This document shows, piece by piece, positions 37,861 to 51,700 of a stretch of 64,000 nt of DNA. Where the stretch lies: assembly GCA_973851085.1 (NCBI GenBank), contig OZ316775.1, forward strand, positions 20,708,001 through 20,772,000, in the 5' to 3' direction. Below the pieces are notes generated by a model, which saw nothing but the letters and a program-made list of their open reading frames with translations, did not search any database and was not told the origin of the DNA. The stretch comes from Ptychomitrium polyphyllum. Lineage: Eukaryota. Position 1 is the first letter of the stretch; each line of letters begins with the position of its first letter. The position numbers and the translations under genes were made by a program.

Positions 37861-40840
37861 CCAGAATGAAGTACAAGGATTTCATGGTTTTCTGAAGATG
37901 ATGAAATGTGGTGCTGGGCAAATTCTTAGACTACTTCTGCACTTGGCCAGGTGAATCCCACCCCTCTGTTCATTTAGCAGACCTCCAGAGCATTCTATGT
38001 CATTGTCCTACACCACCCACATTCAAGTATGGATTCTACTAGCATGAGGGGCTTAAGGAGCTTAGCAAACCTTTCCAGGAAGCCTTCAGTATGATGCATA
38101 AGTATGGCTGGTGCAGGAAGAAGCAAACCAGAGATTGATCCAAAAACCGATCTTCTTATCTGCTCAACGTTAGTTAGTCTTATTCCTGACCATGCCAATC
38201 ACCTCGTCCTTAGGATGGCTGGTAAGATCAAATATTGTGATTTCCATGACAGTACACAAGGTATTTGAGGGCCTTGTTGAAGAAGAACCAAGCATGGCCA
38301 GGCACTGACTGTCCACATTTGCACCCACTTGAGTAGATGTGGTTAATAGCTTGGAGATGTGGATTTCGGGTTTACAGGTTATGCATTCTGTATGTTTTGC
38401 TTAAGAGATCACGGTAACTCTTGGGGTTGGCTATTTTTGAAAATAATAACATAGTGATGGGAAAAAAGGTTTCATGATGAATGTAATTTTTTGTTATAAT
38501 TTTATTTCAAAGTATTGAAATTAACAAAAAAATTTCAAAGTGAGAAGTACTTTAAGATCCAAAACTATGGCATAGTTTGTTCCATGTTCAAATTGTATGC
38601 TATAAATCTCCACTTATGGCTGTATCTAAAATCACCACCTACTTCTTAATATACCATTGGGTGGTTTGCTTTTCAAAAAAATTGTATTTTGAATCTTAAA
38701 ATTGGTAGTTTTGGGTCTTGCAATTGGTTGTTTAAATTTACCATGTGGTATAGAAGAGCTATTAGATTAAAGACATCTAACCATAGTCAACTTTACTCCA
38801 CTTTTCTAATTCAAATAGAAAGACGTATTCTAAAATAGAGTCTAATGTAGATGTAATTAAATGCATCTTTTTGTAATATACAAATAAAAGGGCATCTTAC
38901 ATGTGATGATAAAATATTTAGCATCCATTGTATCCTCATATCTTAATATTTTATTTATTCTAGCATTATTATTTAATTTTTTTCACATCTAACATAAAAA
39001 GGTCTTAAGAGTGACAAATTTTGGCATAAAATAAGCATGTGCTATAACTTCAAACAAATGTTATATGGACATCCATCTATTAGTTTTAGATTCATAGCAA
39101 GTAAATAGTCAAGATCATATTTTGCTAAATCTATGGATGATCAATTTCTAAAATATGAATAGAACCTTGTGGTTGTTAGTTTTAAAAACTAAGTGAAGAT
39201 TGGTCAATTGATTTCTAATGTCAAACAATTAATTGATTAAGTTCAAAATTTAATAGGTTAATTAATTGCATGATCTTTAAACATTTATTCCATATTAAAA
39301 AAAATTGATTTTTTTTGGTGACCTTGTATATTTAGAATGTGTTCTCTATAAAAAAATATTGATCTTCGATTATTTTTTTTATCCAAAGCATTAAAGCACT
39401 TCTAGTTTGTTAAAATGATCAGAAGAACTTCAAAAAATTAGGACAAATTAAGAATTGGCAACTTGGAGTGGGAGAGTTTTATTAGCTTTTGGAAAGTCCA
39501 ACATTTGAAGTCTTCTATAACCGTGTCCAAGTATAACACAAGCTCCTCATTGGTTCATCAAAAGACACAATGAAACATGCTTTTACTCCTTTTAATGGTA
39601 AAAAATGATTTTAGAATAGAATTTGCAAAACTTTCCTCTTTGTGAATAAATTAATGGATAACTCTATTAAGTTGCTTCATTTTGCTGCACTTTGAGACAT
39701 TACTTAAATGCCTTCATTCAGGGACATTCTATGTGAAATTAACGTTCTCATCATCTAATATGTTGAAGGATTTTCTGAATGGTTCATAGCTACTTGGACA
39801 ACCTTAAACATCATATGATGCCATGTTCCCTCAATTGCACAGAAACCTCTGGTTATGGACTTTGCAGTCCTGGGCTCTGCAGTTCCCTTCAACACTTGAC
39901 TCTTCTCAAGAAATTTTCACTTGTGCATATGTATCAATGTGAATTTTTTGAATTTATAAATGACTTTCAACCACCAGTGAAGTTCATCGAAGGACATACC
40001 ATAGGCAGAAGTGACCATCAAGGTTTAGCTCCCAGAAATTGCACAACTTGTGAACCTCTCAAAATGTTTCTAGAAATTGATTCTAAACTATGTTGATGTC
40101 AACAGTATTTGCTTCTCAAAAGTTACTCTTATTTTCTACAGTAACAAATTCAAAATGAAACTATCCTCTGAAATAAAACTATTTGGTAAGTGATGAAACA
40201 ACAAAATCAGTCCACATATTGTCATGTATTGTTATCACTTGTAAAGCTCCCTAAGTGAATACTGCTACTGCAATATGGAGTACTCCTCTGGATTTTGGTG
40301 CTAGGATCTACAACAGTCCAAAATGTGTATAATGTATTTAGAGAGCGTGTACTATAGTTGAATTTCATGTAGTATACATAGCATTCTTCAGTATTCCTCT
40401 AAATACTCTCTTTCAAAAGGGATCATTCCATCATTCATACGTACCGATCGAGTGCCAAAACCTTGTTCCATACTATACTCATGCATTCATTCAATGCCAC
40501 ATGCCGTCGCTATAGTAGTAAGATGAATCAGAATTATACTGCTCAATTAATTTATTCCAGAACAAACCAATGTTGTTAGTATTGTACAAGTGAGATTCTT
40601 CTGATTACAAACAGTAATACTGTATAGAGATGTAAATTTTTGGTTTTTTGGTTTTCTTGTTGCTCAACAAATAGCTACTTGTCATTGACAGAAGCCACTT
40701 GCTAGTAATCTACAAAAACTTTTGAAAACCTGTATATGTTCTACAAGCTGGAAGTGCAACACGTGGTCGGCCGCGGCGTGAAACAAACGTATGTAGAAGC
40801 CAGGCCAGCGCACCGAAATTACACCAGTCACTGGGTGGGT

Positions 40841-43800
40841 TTATGAGAGGGAAGCAGGAACATGCCCTTCTTCAACAGTATTCTCGTACAGCTTGAGGTA
40901 CTGGTCAATTGGAGCAGCATCCCAGCTCAAATCAATGCACATCACTCGCTTCTTAAGGTCTGCCCACCATTGCGGTTGTCCCTTGAAATATCCAAATGCT
41001 CGGTCTAAAGCACCTACTAATGCCTGCAACAATCCCACATTCCAACAAATTTAGCAGCTGAGGCACTTGAGTGGTTGGTAGTGCACCTGACTTGGAAATA
41101 ACATTCTTCGGTGGCCCTTATGTAAACCCTCTCTCCAAAGAAATCATTTTATCGTTCACAAGGAGCCAGTTCAGAACCTTGTGTATTCATTCACCAACTG
41201 GCACATATTCTCACTAGCATTTATTGTTGGTTTATTGTTGGTTTCCCAGTTTCCAAAGGTGAGGTTGAGTTGCTTCAACTGCTGAAGAATATGCTGAAGA
41301 ATGTTCTGTACTCGAACTAGTAGGTTGTGTAAATTCCATAAATTCTAAAGTTTATTATCTAAATTCTAGAAGTTTGCGTATCACCCACCTCCTCGGTAGG
41401 TTCAGTGAATGTGAAACCGTTTCGCTTCTCCTCAACGACAATGTTTCGGTCCACGTCGAAGACACTATTATCAAGCCCACATGACATACAGGTCAACTTC
41501 ATTAAGGAGACACAGGTTTATACGTCGTGCATGAAAAACTTGATTCAGTGATACTGGAAAACTAGAATAGATAACTCTTATAGTGATGCGAACTCATGCG
41601 AGATTGAGTAGGTGAAGTCACTACAAACCTGTCAGCTAATCCACCAGTTTTGCGAACAACCGGAATAGCCCCGTACCTCATGGCGTACATCTGCATGTGA
41701 GAAGTACAGAGTTTAGTGCTGAAAATACAATATAAGAATGTGGATGATAAACAGAAGTTCCAGGAAAAAGGGGTTTTGCTTGCCAAGGCCATAATCCAAG
41801 TCTTTAGGCGCAATCAATGACCAACCAATTCGTGCATAGGACATTGAAGTGATCACAGCATATACGTGAGTGTGTTTTGAATTTGAAACATTCATAAAAG
41901 CAGACATTAAACAAAGCTTAAACAGTTACGCGCTTGAGAGATCCAAACTGACCTGGGTCAGACCACAAGGCTCGAAGATGGATGGTATCACGAATATGTC
42001 CGCTGCTGCAAAAATGTTGTGTGTGAGGGTTTCCTCGCATCTCAGAACAAGCCGGACATGAGAATGGTTCTCAAACTGTATGGCAAGCTCGTCAAACTCT
42101 TTCTGCACACGGAAACACTGCTTTAAAACCTATCAAACAGTAGGATGCATACATGGCATTCACGGGTGATAGTCTTGATGGGAGTCAGCACGATGCAGAA
42201 TATTAGTGAATTTCAAAATAAAAGACTAGTTTTACAATAAGCATCCACTGTCTAAAGAGTGAAGTGTTGATCATACCTTGATTTCAGGAATCTGGCTGGT
42301 ACCTTGTAGAATGAACTGGCCACCACTTTTGAGGACGTGGAAGATGGCTGCTTTCAGGAGGTGTACACCCTTCTGGGGTACCAATCTCGACACGCAGCAA
42401 AACTGTCGGAAAGCAAGCATGGATGTTATTCAATAAACAGTTCTTTTCTCAGGGATAGAAAAACCAAAGCACCGTCGACATAGTGAAATCAAAAAACCCC
42501 ACACGTAACACTTTCAACGCGTCTCGCTTGGATAACTGAGCACGAAAAGAACATCAGGAAGTTGTGAGCTCACAAGGGGTCTTTTCGCATCATCGCCTTC
42601 AGTCGACAAACCCAGATGACGTCGGAGATTGTTCTTGATCACTGTCTTATTCTTCAAATTTTCTGGGCTGTAGTGGAGCTGCAGATGAGGATCGGTGGCG
42701 GGATTCCACACAATGTCATCGATGCCGTTCACAATACCATGAAATTTGTTGGTCAAACTTCTTAAGGTCGTGTGCAAACCTTCACCTTTCTGCAAATAGA
42801 AGGTTTCTTATTAGTTCTGGTTGAATGGATTTAATGAACAGCTATTATAAGAAATCTACACAATCTTTTTAAGATTATGTAATTCCTTGTTGATTAGGCG
42901 TCTCTCACCTCTGGAGTGAGGACCTCTTTTGCATACGTCGGTGAGACTGTTGTGACGAAATCCGAATGCAGGAGCCCACTCTGTACACGCAACAGTTGCA
43001 ACGATCATGGGGTGCTTATTACTCTTAGATATCTTCCGTCTTCAACGGCATTCCTCCACCACGACCCTATTCATGTCAAATTCCAACTTTTCCTACTGAC
43101 GAAGGCTCACTCACCTTCAACACATTGCCTTGGTCAGCCGCAAGATTGTCCTGAAAATCATCCTTGTGCAAAGGCGCTTTGAACTGCACACCGCACGACT
43201 CAAGGGCCTCCATCGATTCCTTACCTTGTGGCTCAAAATTGTGGCAAGTAAAGGCAAGCTTCGCGTTCAGACCCAAGTTGGCGTAATGGCTCCTGCATAA
43301 GGGGGCCTGCATGGGGAGAAGTTATAAATCAAACCTGTAAGGTGGAGTACAACCCCAAATTCGTCCGAGAACCGAAAACTACCACTCTTTGATTCATGAA
43401 AAGTTGCGCAGTTACTTACCACGATGGCCACTGGCCAGTCATGACAGTGTATGATGTTAGGTCGCTTCCCGAACTGCAACAAAAACTCGAGAGACGCCCG
43501 CGAGAAGTATGTAAAGCGCTTGAAGTCATCTGGCTGACAGTAGACGGAATCGCGGTTGAAGAAATCCGCAGGATGTTGCGGGTCGATGAAGTACACCCAG
43601 AGGCCTGCACCACATGAGGCCATTACTACCAATTTGTCTGATGGCTGACAGAATAGAACAGAACAGAACAGAACAGAACAGAATAGAAAACAAATGTGGA
43701 CAATTTTGAAACGAGGGATTCACCTTCCACAACGCCAGTCCACACAAAGTTCTTGTGCATTGCTCCCTCAAAATATGAGTAAAAATGCTTGTTCAGTCTC

Positions 43801-45122
43801 TGCACAGTGTTCAGTTGACAGCGCCATTTAATCGTTGACCACGAAAATTCACCTAATTTTTGGAATCCAAGAAATCGGCGCCTATCTTTCGCGGATGTTA
43901 ACAAGTTCGTGAAATTGCAGGACGTAGGGAATTGGAAAGAGGACAAACCTTGAAATTCTTAATGCCGCTCAAGTCCAGGGTTTTGTATTTTGGGATGATA
44001 ATTTCCACCCGGTGGCCTTTCTTTTGAAGCGAGCGGCTGAGTCCGGTCACCACGTCGCCCAAACCTCCTACCTGATGAGCGCACACGAGTGTATCGTTCC
44101 ATAAGATGATTTTTCTCTTATACATACAGCACAAAAAATTGGCACCCTACTAACTGTCCGCTGTATAATCTTTCAACTTAGGTTCAACTACGTGAATTTT
44201 CCGAACGGCTTTCGTAAGGTCACACATCTACAGGAGACTGACACTCAAGGCGTGCAAATACAAAATACTGTGGTTACATCACCCTACCTTCGCCACAGGA
44301 GCCAGTTCGCTGGCAAGCTGCACAACATGGTAGCGCGGCGGCCTGCAATGGTCACACAGGACAGTTTCAGCAAAATCCAAGTAGCTCTGACAAAAGAAAT
44401 TGCAACCCGTTTCAGAGTCAAGCGCAAGTCGAGTGCAAATCCACTCAGTTTACAACCTTCTTCAATGAGATCCCCGTTCTCAGCACATTCCGCAACTGTT
44501 TGAGTTTGCCAAAGTGGCAAGAACCGCACCCAGAAAAGAAATTGAGACAGACGCATCGCAAGAGAAACGTAGTCAGTGTCGGAGAAGGTGGAATAAAGGC
44601 GCGGTTGGTGGACGCGCGTTGAAGGCTCCTGATTGAATGAAAGGTTTGTGAGAGAGCGACAGGAAAGACGACGCTCTGTACCTTTTCACGGCGGGCGGGA
44701 GCTCGAGGGAGCCAACCAAGTCCGCAACGAGATTCTCCAACTGCTTCTCAGGAACCTGACCGCCGTATGTAGGAGGCGCTGCGATGCGCCCTCGAGGCAC
44801 TTGCGAGGCGAGGCGCCCGCCAGAGACGCAACGGGAGGACAGCAGGACGTTGTTGCTTATCAGAAGCTGCAAGTCCACACAGCACTTCGCATAAACTAGT
44901 CGAACACCTCTCATCCTACACGCAAACTCTGCCGGTAACTCCTGCTGTAACGAAGAAAAGCAATTACGGCCGCCATCGCGTTACCCTTGTTGCAACAGCA
45001 TCCCTACTTCACTTGTGGCCACAGCAGACGAACGTTCAGCATTTAGTAAAATTACCTGGTCGCTTGCGAGGGTGGTCTCCTGAGGCATGGCCATGTCGAG
45101 GCGAGTTGCGGTGGCGACCTCT
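40841..45122 (-). CDS. Soluble starch synthase of the SS4/SS5/SS6 clade (GT5 + GT1 domains); N-terminus uncertain
   Basis: About 14 GT-AG exons: YHVVQLASELAPVAK (44288-44342)|VGGLGDVVTGLSRSLQKKGHRVEIIIPKY, FTYFSRASLEF..IIHCHDW, FTCHNFEPQG, TTVSPTYAKE, GIVNGIDD..WNPATDP, SRLVPQKGVHL, FVIPSIFEPCGLTQ|MYAMRYGAIPVVRKTGGLAD and DLSWD..Y..LY. Stop at 40841. Upstream exons at ~44683-44943 and 45056-45122 splice in frame (ATG at 45094), but no clear transit-peptide exon was found. Confidence 0.9.
43648..43688. repeat. (ACAGA)n pentamer microsatellite in a starch synthase intron
   Basis: acagaatagaacagaacagaacagaacagaacagaataga. Confidence 0.9.
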
Positions 45123-47198
45123 GTAAACAAAACGATGGCACATGTGGACACAACATAAGACTCATTGTGGCTGTGATCATTCTCCCTCTCATGTCGAGCT
45201 ACCTACTTTTGTCTGCATCTTAGATGCTCTCGCAGGGCATCAACTTCCAAACAAATTGCCTCAAGCGTAGAAAAGAAAAAGTATGATTTGCACTCGTTAC
45301 AGATGTTACAAATGTTACAGAAAAGCGCAATGGAGACCTTCCTTTCAGATATTTAAAACAGAGGATGATGGAAAGAAGTTTAGGATCGTCATCGAAGCAC
45401 TCGTTTGAACTGCACAACATCCTTTCAGCTACGTAGAAGTATTTTTTAAAGGCTAAAACCGCCGAGCGTACAGACGAAGGCCATCAGAGCTCTACCTACA
45501 AAATTCTACAAGAATTGCTGGCACATTGCATCACGGGGGTGCAAAACATTCCGCGGCTTCAACTTGGAGAACAACACATCAATCCTTTGATCCTTTGTTA
45601 CAAGAAGACGAGCCTGCCGATCGTCAAGGGCCAAAGCAGAAAACAAAACAAAAAAAATTAAAAGCGAGACTGTCTTGGGATGGCCGTGTGACAAGATCCT
45701 GGGAGCCTGAGCCTGCCTACTGCGAGCAACGAATCTTGCAATCGGAAATGCGAACTGCCAGAGTTATGCTGCAACGTCCACTTTTGTGGTGAGTCTGACG
45801 TGGAGATAGCGCCTTGCATGTTCAGTTGGAGTGCAAAGACTGTGCAACTACTGTGCGCTGAAGAACCTCTTGAAACTCCCAACCTCTGCTCGTGGGTTGG
45901 GATGATACTCACAAATCTGATCCATGCGACGGTTTCTACGATGAATTCACTCATGGAATTGGTGCCATGTTGTCCGAAAGAGGGATGTGGTACTTACGCA
46001 CGGGTGACTCTTCGGTCAAGTTGCGAAACCGCTTGGTGTGGTCCATTACAGCCGCTTCTTCTCCTTTCACGAATTCCTTTCCACTCTCTCTGCAGAACCA
46101 ATCAACTAACCAACCCAAGTGGCACTAACCTCAAGTTCGACCTGAGAGACCTAGGTTCAGTACCTCACCGCCTTGATTCGATCGACAGTCACTCACTGTG
46201 AAGAATTCATGAGCACAAAATAGCTCGACTCTCCCTCGACTCGCTGTGAGGTGTAAGCTAATGAAGTTATACAGATGGACCCTGCGAATGGAATTTTCTA
46301 TACCAGATGGACCCTACGAACAAAATTCTATATTGAATGGCCCGATTCAATGCAAGGAGCACGAAGGAGACACTTGTCGCCCCTAAACCCCTGAATTCAA
46401 CTACTACACTGACTACAAATTCATGAAAATGGTTTGACTGACACGCGGTGTTTTTGGTAAGTTTTCGCAATGAGCTGAGACGAAAGTGTGAATTGGAATC
46501 TGCTATAGGATTACCTGAATGCTATATCTAGCAACAAGCATATACTGGACTCAGCTGATCGAAGAAGTGAGACTAGCGGGATTGATATAGTTACGTTGGT
46601 ATGCAGGAAAGTTCTAGATTCAGGTTCGAAGAGGGCCTCGAATGAGCGTTGCGATGGCTCTACAGGGCTGGCTCCGATCCAGCTCAGGGCCACTGATGCA
46701 ACAGAAACCTGAATGCTAAGTGACTGAGAGCGAACTGAATGAACTCAAAGGCATGGGCTGATTGGCTACACAGCTTAAAAGTTGAAACTGGGACTGCACG
46801 GGCTGGACTTGCGGAGAGTAAATTGATAGCCAAGCGGAGGGTGGCATTCAACTCACTCGCTGCAAAGGAGTTGCTGAACTCAACTGCCGATGGAAGGCGC
46901 ACAACTCCTTTATGTAGTTTTTGGGGAGTTTGCTGACGTGGCATAGTCCTTGCATTTAATCAAATATGAAAAACGATTGAGTCTATACTGTACGAGTCGT
47001 TCGCCCTCCTGGAGTACTGTACGTGATTTGGTACTCCAGTGATTTGGGATGGGCACTGTAATTTGTATTTAGTGTCATATAGCATGTACAGTCTTGGAGT
47101 TGTAAGTAGATCACATGTGACAGCATGGGTAAACATTCTATAAATTGTAGCTACATTTGATTAAAAAAGAAGAAAATTTGCACAGCTACAGAATGCGC

Positions 47199-47243
47199 CT
47201 TTGAGCATGGGGCTTTGAGCATGGGGCTTTGAGCATGGGGCTT
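47199..47243. repeat. Perfect 14-bp tandem repeat x3 (CTTTGAGCATGGGG)
   Basis: Three exact copies at 47199, 47213 and 47227, plus a partial ctt. Confidence 0.95.
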
Positions 47244-48361
47244 ATGGGGGCCATAGTTGGTGGCGCCATTATGTTGGGCTTTAGAATAATGATACAGAAA
47301 CATTTTTAAAAAAAGTTTTAAAGTCTATTAATGTTATTTCTTCTACTTTAGGAATAATGTTGGGCATCAAAGGCTATTAACATATATGTTATATTTTTTC
47401 TCACTACTTCCAAGCCTAATTGATTTGGAATTTCAATACAAATATAATTCATTGCAAATGAAAGTATTGTTGATATACTTTTGTTTGTAATTGGATCTAC
47501 ATTGGAATTTTAATCACTTTTCTTGAGATATCCATTGTATTTTGAAGAAAGGAGTGAAAAAGAAATGAGCTTTAAAAAAACTTAGTAATAACAATATATT
47601 CTATGAAGAATTTATAAATTCATCACATGAACAAATCTTTACAAGACTATTTGGTTGTATTAGTTTGACACCATTGCATTTTGTGATGAAGTAGCTCTAT
47701 ATCTAATAAATATTTTTATACCAAAGATATAAGACTTTAGTTTTTAACATAAACTTATATCACATATTAATTTTATTTCAAATAATCAAAGCTTGATGCA
47801 AGTTGCTTATCTAATATATAAAGTAATGTAGAAGCAAGTTCTTGCATTTCTTGCCGGCCCATGGAACATGGATAGGTTCTTTGAGATTGTATTGGTCCTA
47901 CTACAAGTTCTACAAGGAATGTGTTTTGGCAAACCAATGTGCAAGCTTAGATGTAAGGTTAAGATGCATATTCCTGAAAGAAAGAACTTTTCAATATCAT
48001 AAGTTACAGCAACTGACCCAGAAGCCATAAAGGTATGCAATTCTAAAATTTGGGGAGCTTGAAACCTTGACTCATTCCAAAACCATGAAGGGCCAACTAA
48101 CAACTGCTTGAAAATACTTTTTCTCAGTTCCACGTTGTATCCTTGTCTCAATTGTGCACTGCAAACTATCAAACCTCTCGTACACAAGCTTCAAGACTAA
48201 GGAGATTGCCTTGCAAGTGCATGAGCTAGTGCAACCGTCTACACCTGTGAATCAGCTAGTGCAACTGTCGTCACCTGTGAGCAAACATGAATTGGTACCA
48301 ACTGCTTTTTTGGAAATGTATCAAAATGGGTTTGCTTGACAATTATGAGTGGTCACAGGTT

Positions 48362-48700
48362 TAATTGACATCCCATCAAGAATAAGTTAAAATTTCTTGC
48401 CACAGCTACTCTGCATAAATTGGCTGCAGTGTCAGTCAGTAATAAAATATTAAGTTGCTTACAAAGGACGCTGTCCTCACAAAGGAGCCACCTTTCTTCT
48501 TCCTGAGAATGGCCATAGAAGTTGGGCCATGAAATGCGGTTCACATTGTTCCATGAGAATCATTTGATCTACTAACCTTGTGGGTCTACACTCTGTTAGG
48601 GCAGCAAGTTGTAGTGTTACAGTGGTCTTTGGAAACCACCATCCCTTGATTGTGTGATGAGTGGAATACAAGCTTCAGTGGAAGTGGAAATAGAATATGC
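48362..48700 (-). mobile_element. Possible CxC/Zisupton-type transposase remnant
   Basis: Higher-GC island. The - strand reads CSQFMQSSCGKKF*LILDGMSI (~48362-48428), resembling F.C..CG..P..I..DG.S at the start of KDZ/Zisupton catalytic domains. An upstream SRDGGFQRPL*HYN resembles YDG...L..YN. Heavily degraded. Confidence 0.22.
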
Positions 48701-51700
48701 TGTGGGCAAATTGAATTATTCCTTCAATGGTCTCTCATTGAAAGAAAGAAGTTGTTGTGGTCTGTGTTGGCCCCATTTAAGTTCATAATGGCTCTGGACT
48801 TGGCTTCAAAACACCAACCTCACAATAATATTCCTCAGATTCTCTCATTTTGGTTCATATCACAACAGCACTGGTAGGGACAAGTTGTAGCTTTGTATCA
48901 CTAAGTTACTTCCATATAAGCTAGGCATTGACATGATAAGTTACTCCTAGCAACATCACTGCCTTCATTGGGCAACAACACTGTTGAAAGTGGCCCTACA
49001 ACCCATGCAGTGAAACTTAAAATCCCACAAGCTTCCACCTGCACTCAACATTCAAATAGAATACAATTTATCAAAAAAAGTTGCAGTTACAATGCCCCAC
49101 ATGCAACTCTGAAGCTCAAGCTAACAACCTCAGTGAGATTCATGCCAAAGAATAAAGAAACAAAGTAGAAATTGCAAACGGGGCTAAAATCAAACAAGCA
49201 ACAAGCAAGAAATGACCAAGAACCCAAACAAAACTAAATAAAAATCAAATAAAAATTGAAGGACTAAATTTGTAAAATTTCATGGATTATAGGTAAAGTC
49301 TTTGCATATTGTTGCAATTACAATGCCCCACATTATTTATAAAGTATCTGTGGCCAAATCAAGATACTCTTGCTAGTTGAATGAAAATATGTTTTGAAGG
49401 TCAATTCTCTAAATTATGTGATTATGCAAGTTGAACATCTATGAAAATTATGAAAAAAAATTGTTGTAATATATCCTTCAATAATGTTCAAAACATATTT
49501 ATATATAACACAAAAAGAAAAAAATTAAGAATATTTTCATAAAGATTTTCAGATATATTCTAAATATTTATTTGATTTATGAAATATTCATAGCTTCATG
49601 ACTTTCATTTAAATATAATACTAGTGCAAATGATACAAAATTGACCATTCATATAATCCATTTTTTAAAAACATTATTGTAGTACTAATTTATTTGGCAC
49701 TATTAACAAACAAGTTGTTATGGTAAGAAGTGTAATTATCATAAAAATAAACAACGTCAAATTTATGTGAAGTTAATTATATTTATATAGTGCAATGTGA
49801 GAAGATTTATTTACGGCTGAAATTGTGGTTCTCTCCACTACTCCATGAAAAGATTGTAATTTGTTCTATTTCTTGTTTAAAAAATTGGCATGAGGCATGG
49901 CAAAGGTATCACACTTTTAAATATTTGTTTGATTAAAAATGTTAATACTTTCAATAATTTTCATAGTATATTAACAATAGAATATGGATGAAGGATTCTA
50001 TTTTAATGGCAATGATCATAAATAAAGCAACATACTATTTTGATCTTGGAATATTATCTATTGGATATAATTATTTATTTGTTCTTGAATATAAATTATC
50101 AAAAATTAATCATTTTGTACATACAAACTTGATGATTTGTATGATAAAGTTTGAATATAGGTGTACTTCATTTTTATATAGAAGTTTTTTTACATAGTCA
50201 ATATCATATTAAAATTGAGGATTATAATGGCTTGTTGATTTTTATATGTACATGAAAAACATTAGTGAAGAAATGTATTTTTTAAAAGACTAATTTGAAA
50301 TATTTCAAAATTTATTAAATTATAATTTATGTATTTATTCTTAGACACCAATAATCTTCTTAATTCTCAGACTACTTAGTTATGTCTTTAACTCTTAATG
50401 CATATATATGTTGTTGTCTATAAGTTATGACACTCTATTTTTATGGCTTCTCATTTTGATGAATAAAATAATTATTTTTTATTTTGCTGGCTTTAATTTT
50501 GTTAATCTATTTGTTAAAAGAAAAGACTATGTATTGAATTTTGTACTAAATATAATTCTTAATCAATTTGATAAGAAATAGTAATAATGTGATTAAATAT
50601 AAAATTTGTGATATAAAATTTTCAAGTAAAAAAATTGTTTTGAAACTTAGGTTCATATAGATATTGTCATACAATGGAATTTTTATGATATTTAGATATT
50701 TTAAATGCCTTTTTAGAATATTCAAAATTCTTTGATGGCTATAAAAAATAATATCAAAATAGGAAAAAAGATGACGGTGGCAAATAGAAAATGATAGCAA
50801 AACTAGAAAGAAGAAGAGTGAAAATTGGAAAGAAAAAAAAAGGAAAGGAAAAAAAAGACAATAGAAATGCTTAAGTGGAATGAAAAAGAGTTGGAAGAAA
50901 AAAAAAAAAATAGAAAATTTTAAGTTGAAGAAAGAAAAAAATTAATTAAAGTTTGAAATATAAAAAAAAGGGATAAAAAAGTTAAAATAGAGAAAAATGA
51001 TAGTAGAGAAGAAAGGAAATAAAATTATAATAATTTGTGAAGGTAAGAAAGACTCTAAGATTTTGTTTTTCAAATATTTACATATGAATTAAAACATAGT
51101 TTGAAATTTGGTTTTTTAATATTTTATATATGGCTACCACATATAGTTGCTACTTTTAAAAAGTACATATGTCTACCAAATATCATTATATTGTATTTCA
51201 TTGAAAAAAAATGATTAATGCTACATGTAATTATTATATAAAGTATTTTTGAATAAAAAAAGTTATATTCTTCCTTCTATTGTGTAGTTAAGTTTTTTCT
51301 TTTGCAATGAATTGTTTTTACATTCTACTAACTAAGTAAAAAAAAAAGATGCTTTAAGTTAACAATGTTTGAAAGGAATTGAATTCTTATCTTGCATGAG
51401 CATAACTTCAATGTGAAGATATCTTACCATGTGATATTTTGATAAATTTGATAAAAAAATTAAGAGTGGAAATTGCTAGTATGTGCATTTTGTTTTGATT
51501 TTATTAATACAATTAGGACCAAACTCTAAGATGCTCAAAATTCATTATTAGATTATATATTTGAACTTTTTTTTAATATACATGATAAATTCATCATTTC
51601 CTTCCTATGTTTTTTGAAAAAATATCAAAGATCAAAATAATATAAATAATGGTAAATATTTGTGTAAAATAGAATTTATAATTTATTTTTTTTAGTTTTC

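Noticed and set aside
39779..40096. ORF containing CSSLQHL as a further LRR exon of the TNL
   Set aside because: Only one LRR-like heptad, separated from the TNL by AT-rich DNA; no repeat periodicity.
47199..47243. CRISPR-like array
   Set aside because: Adjacent identical units with no spacers, in a eukaryotic context.
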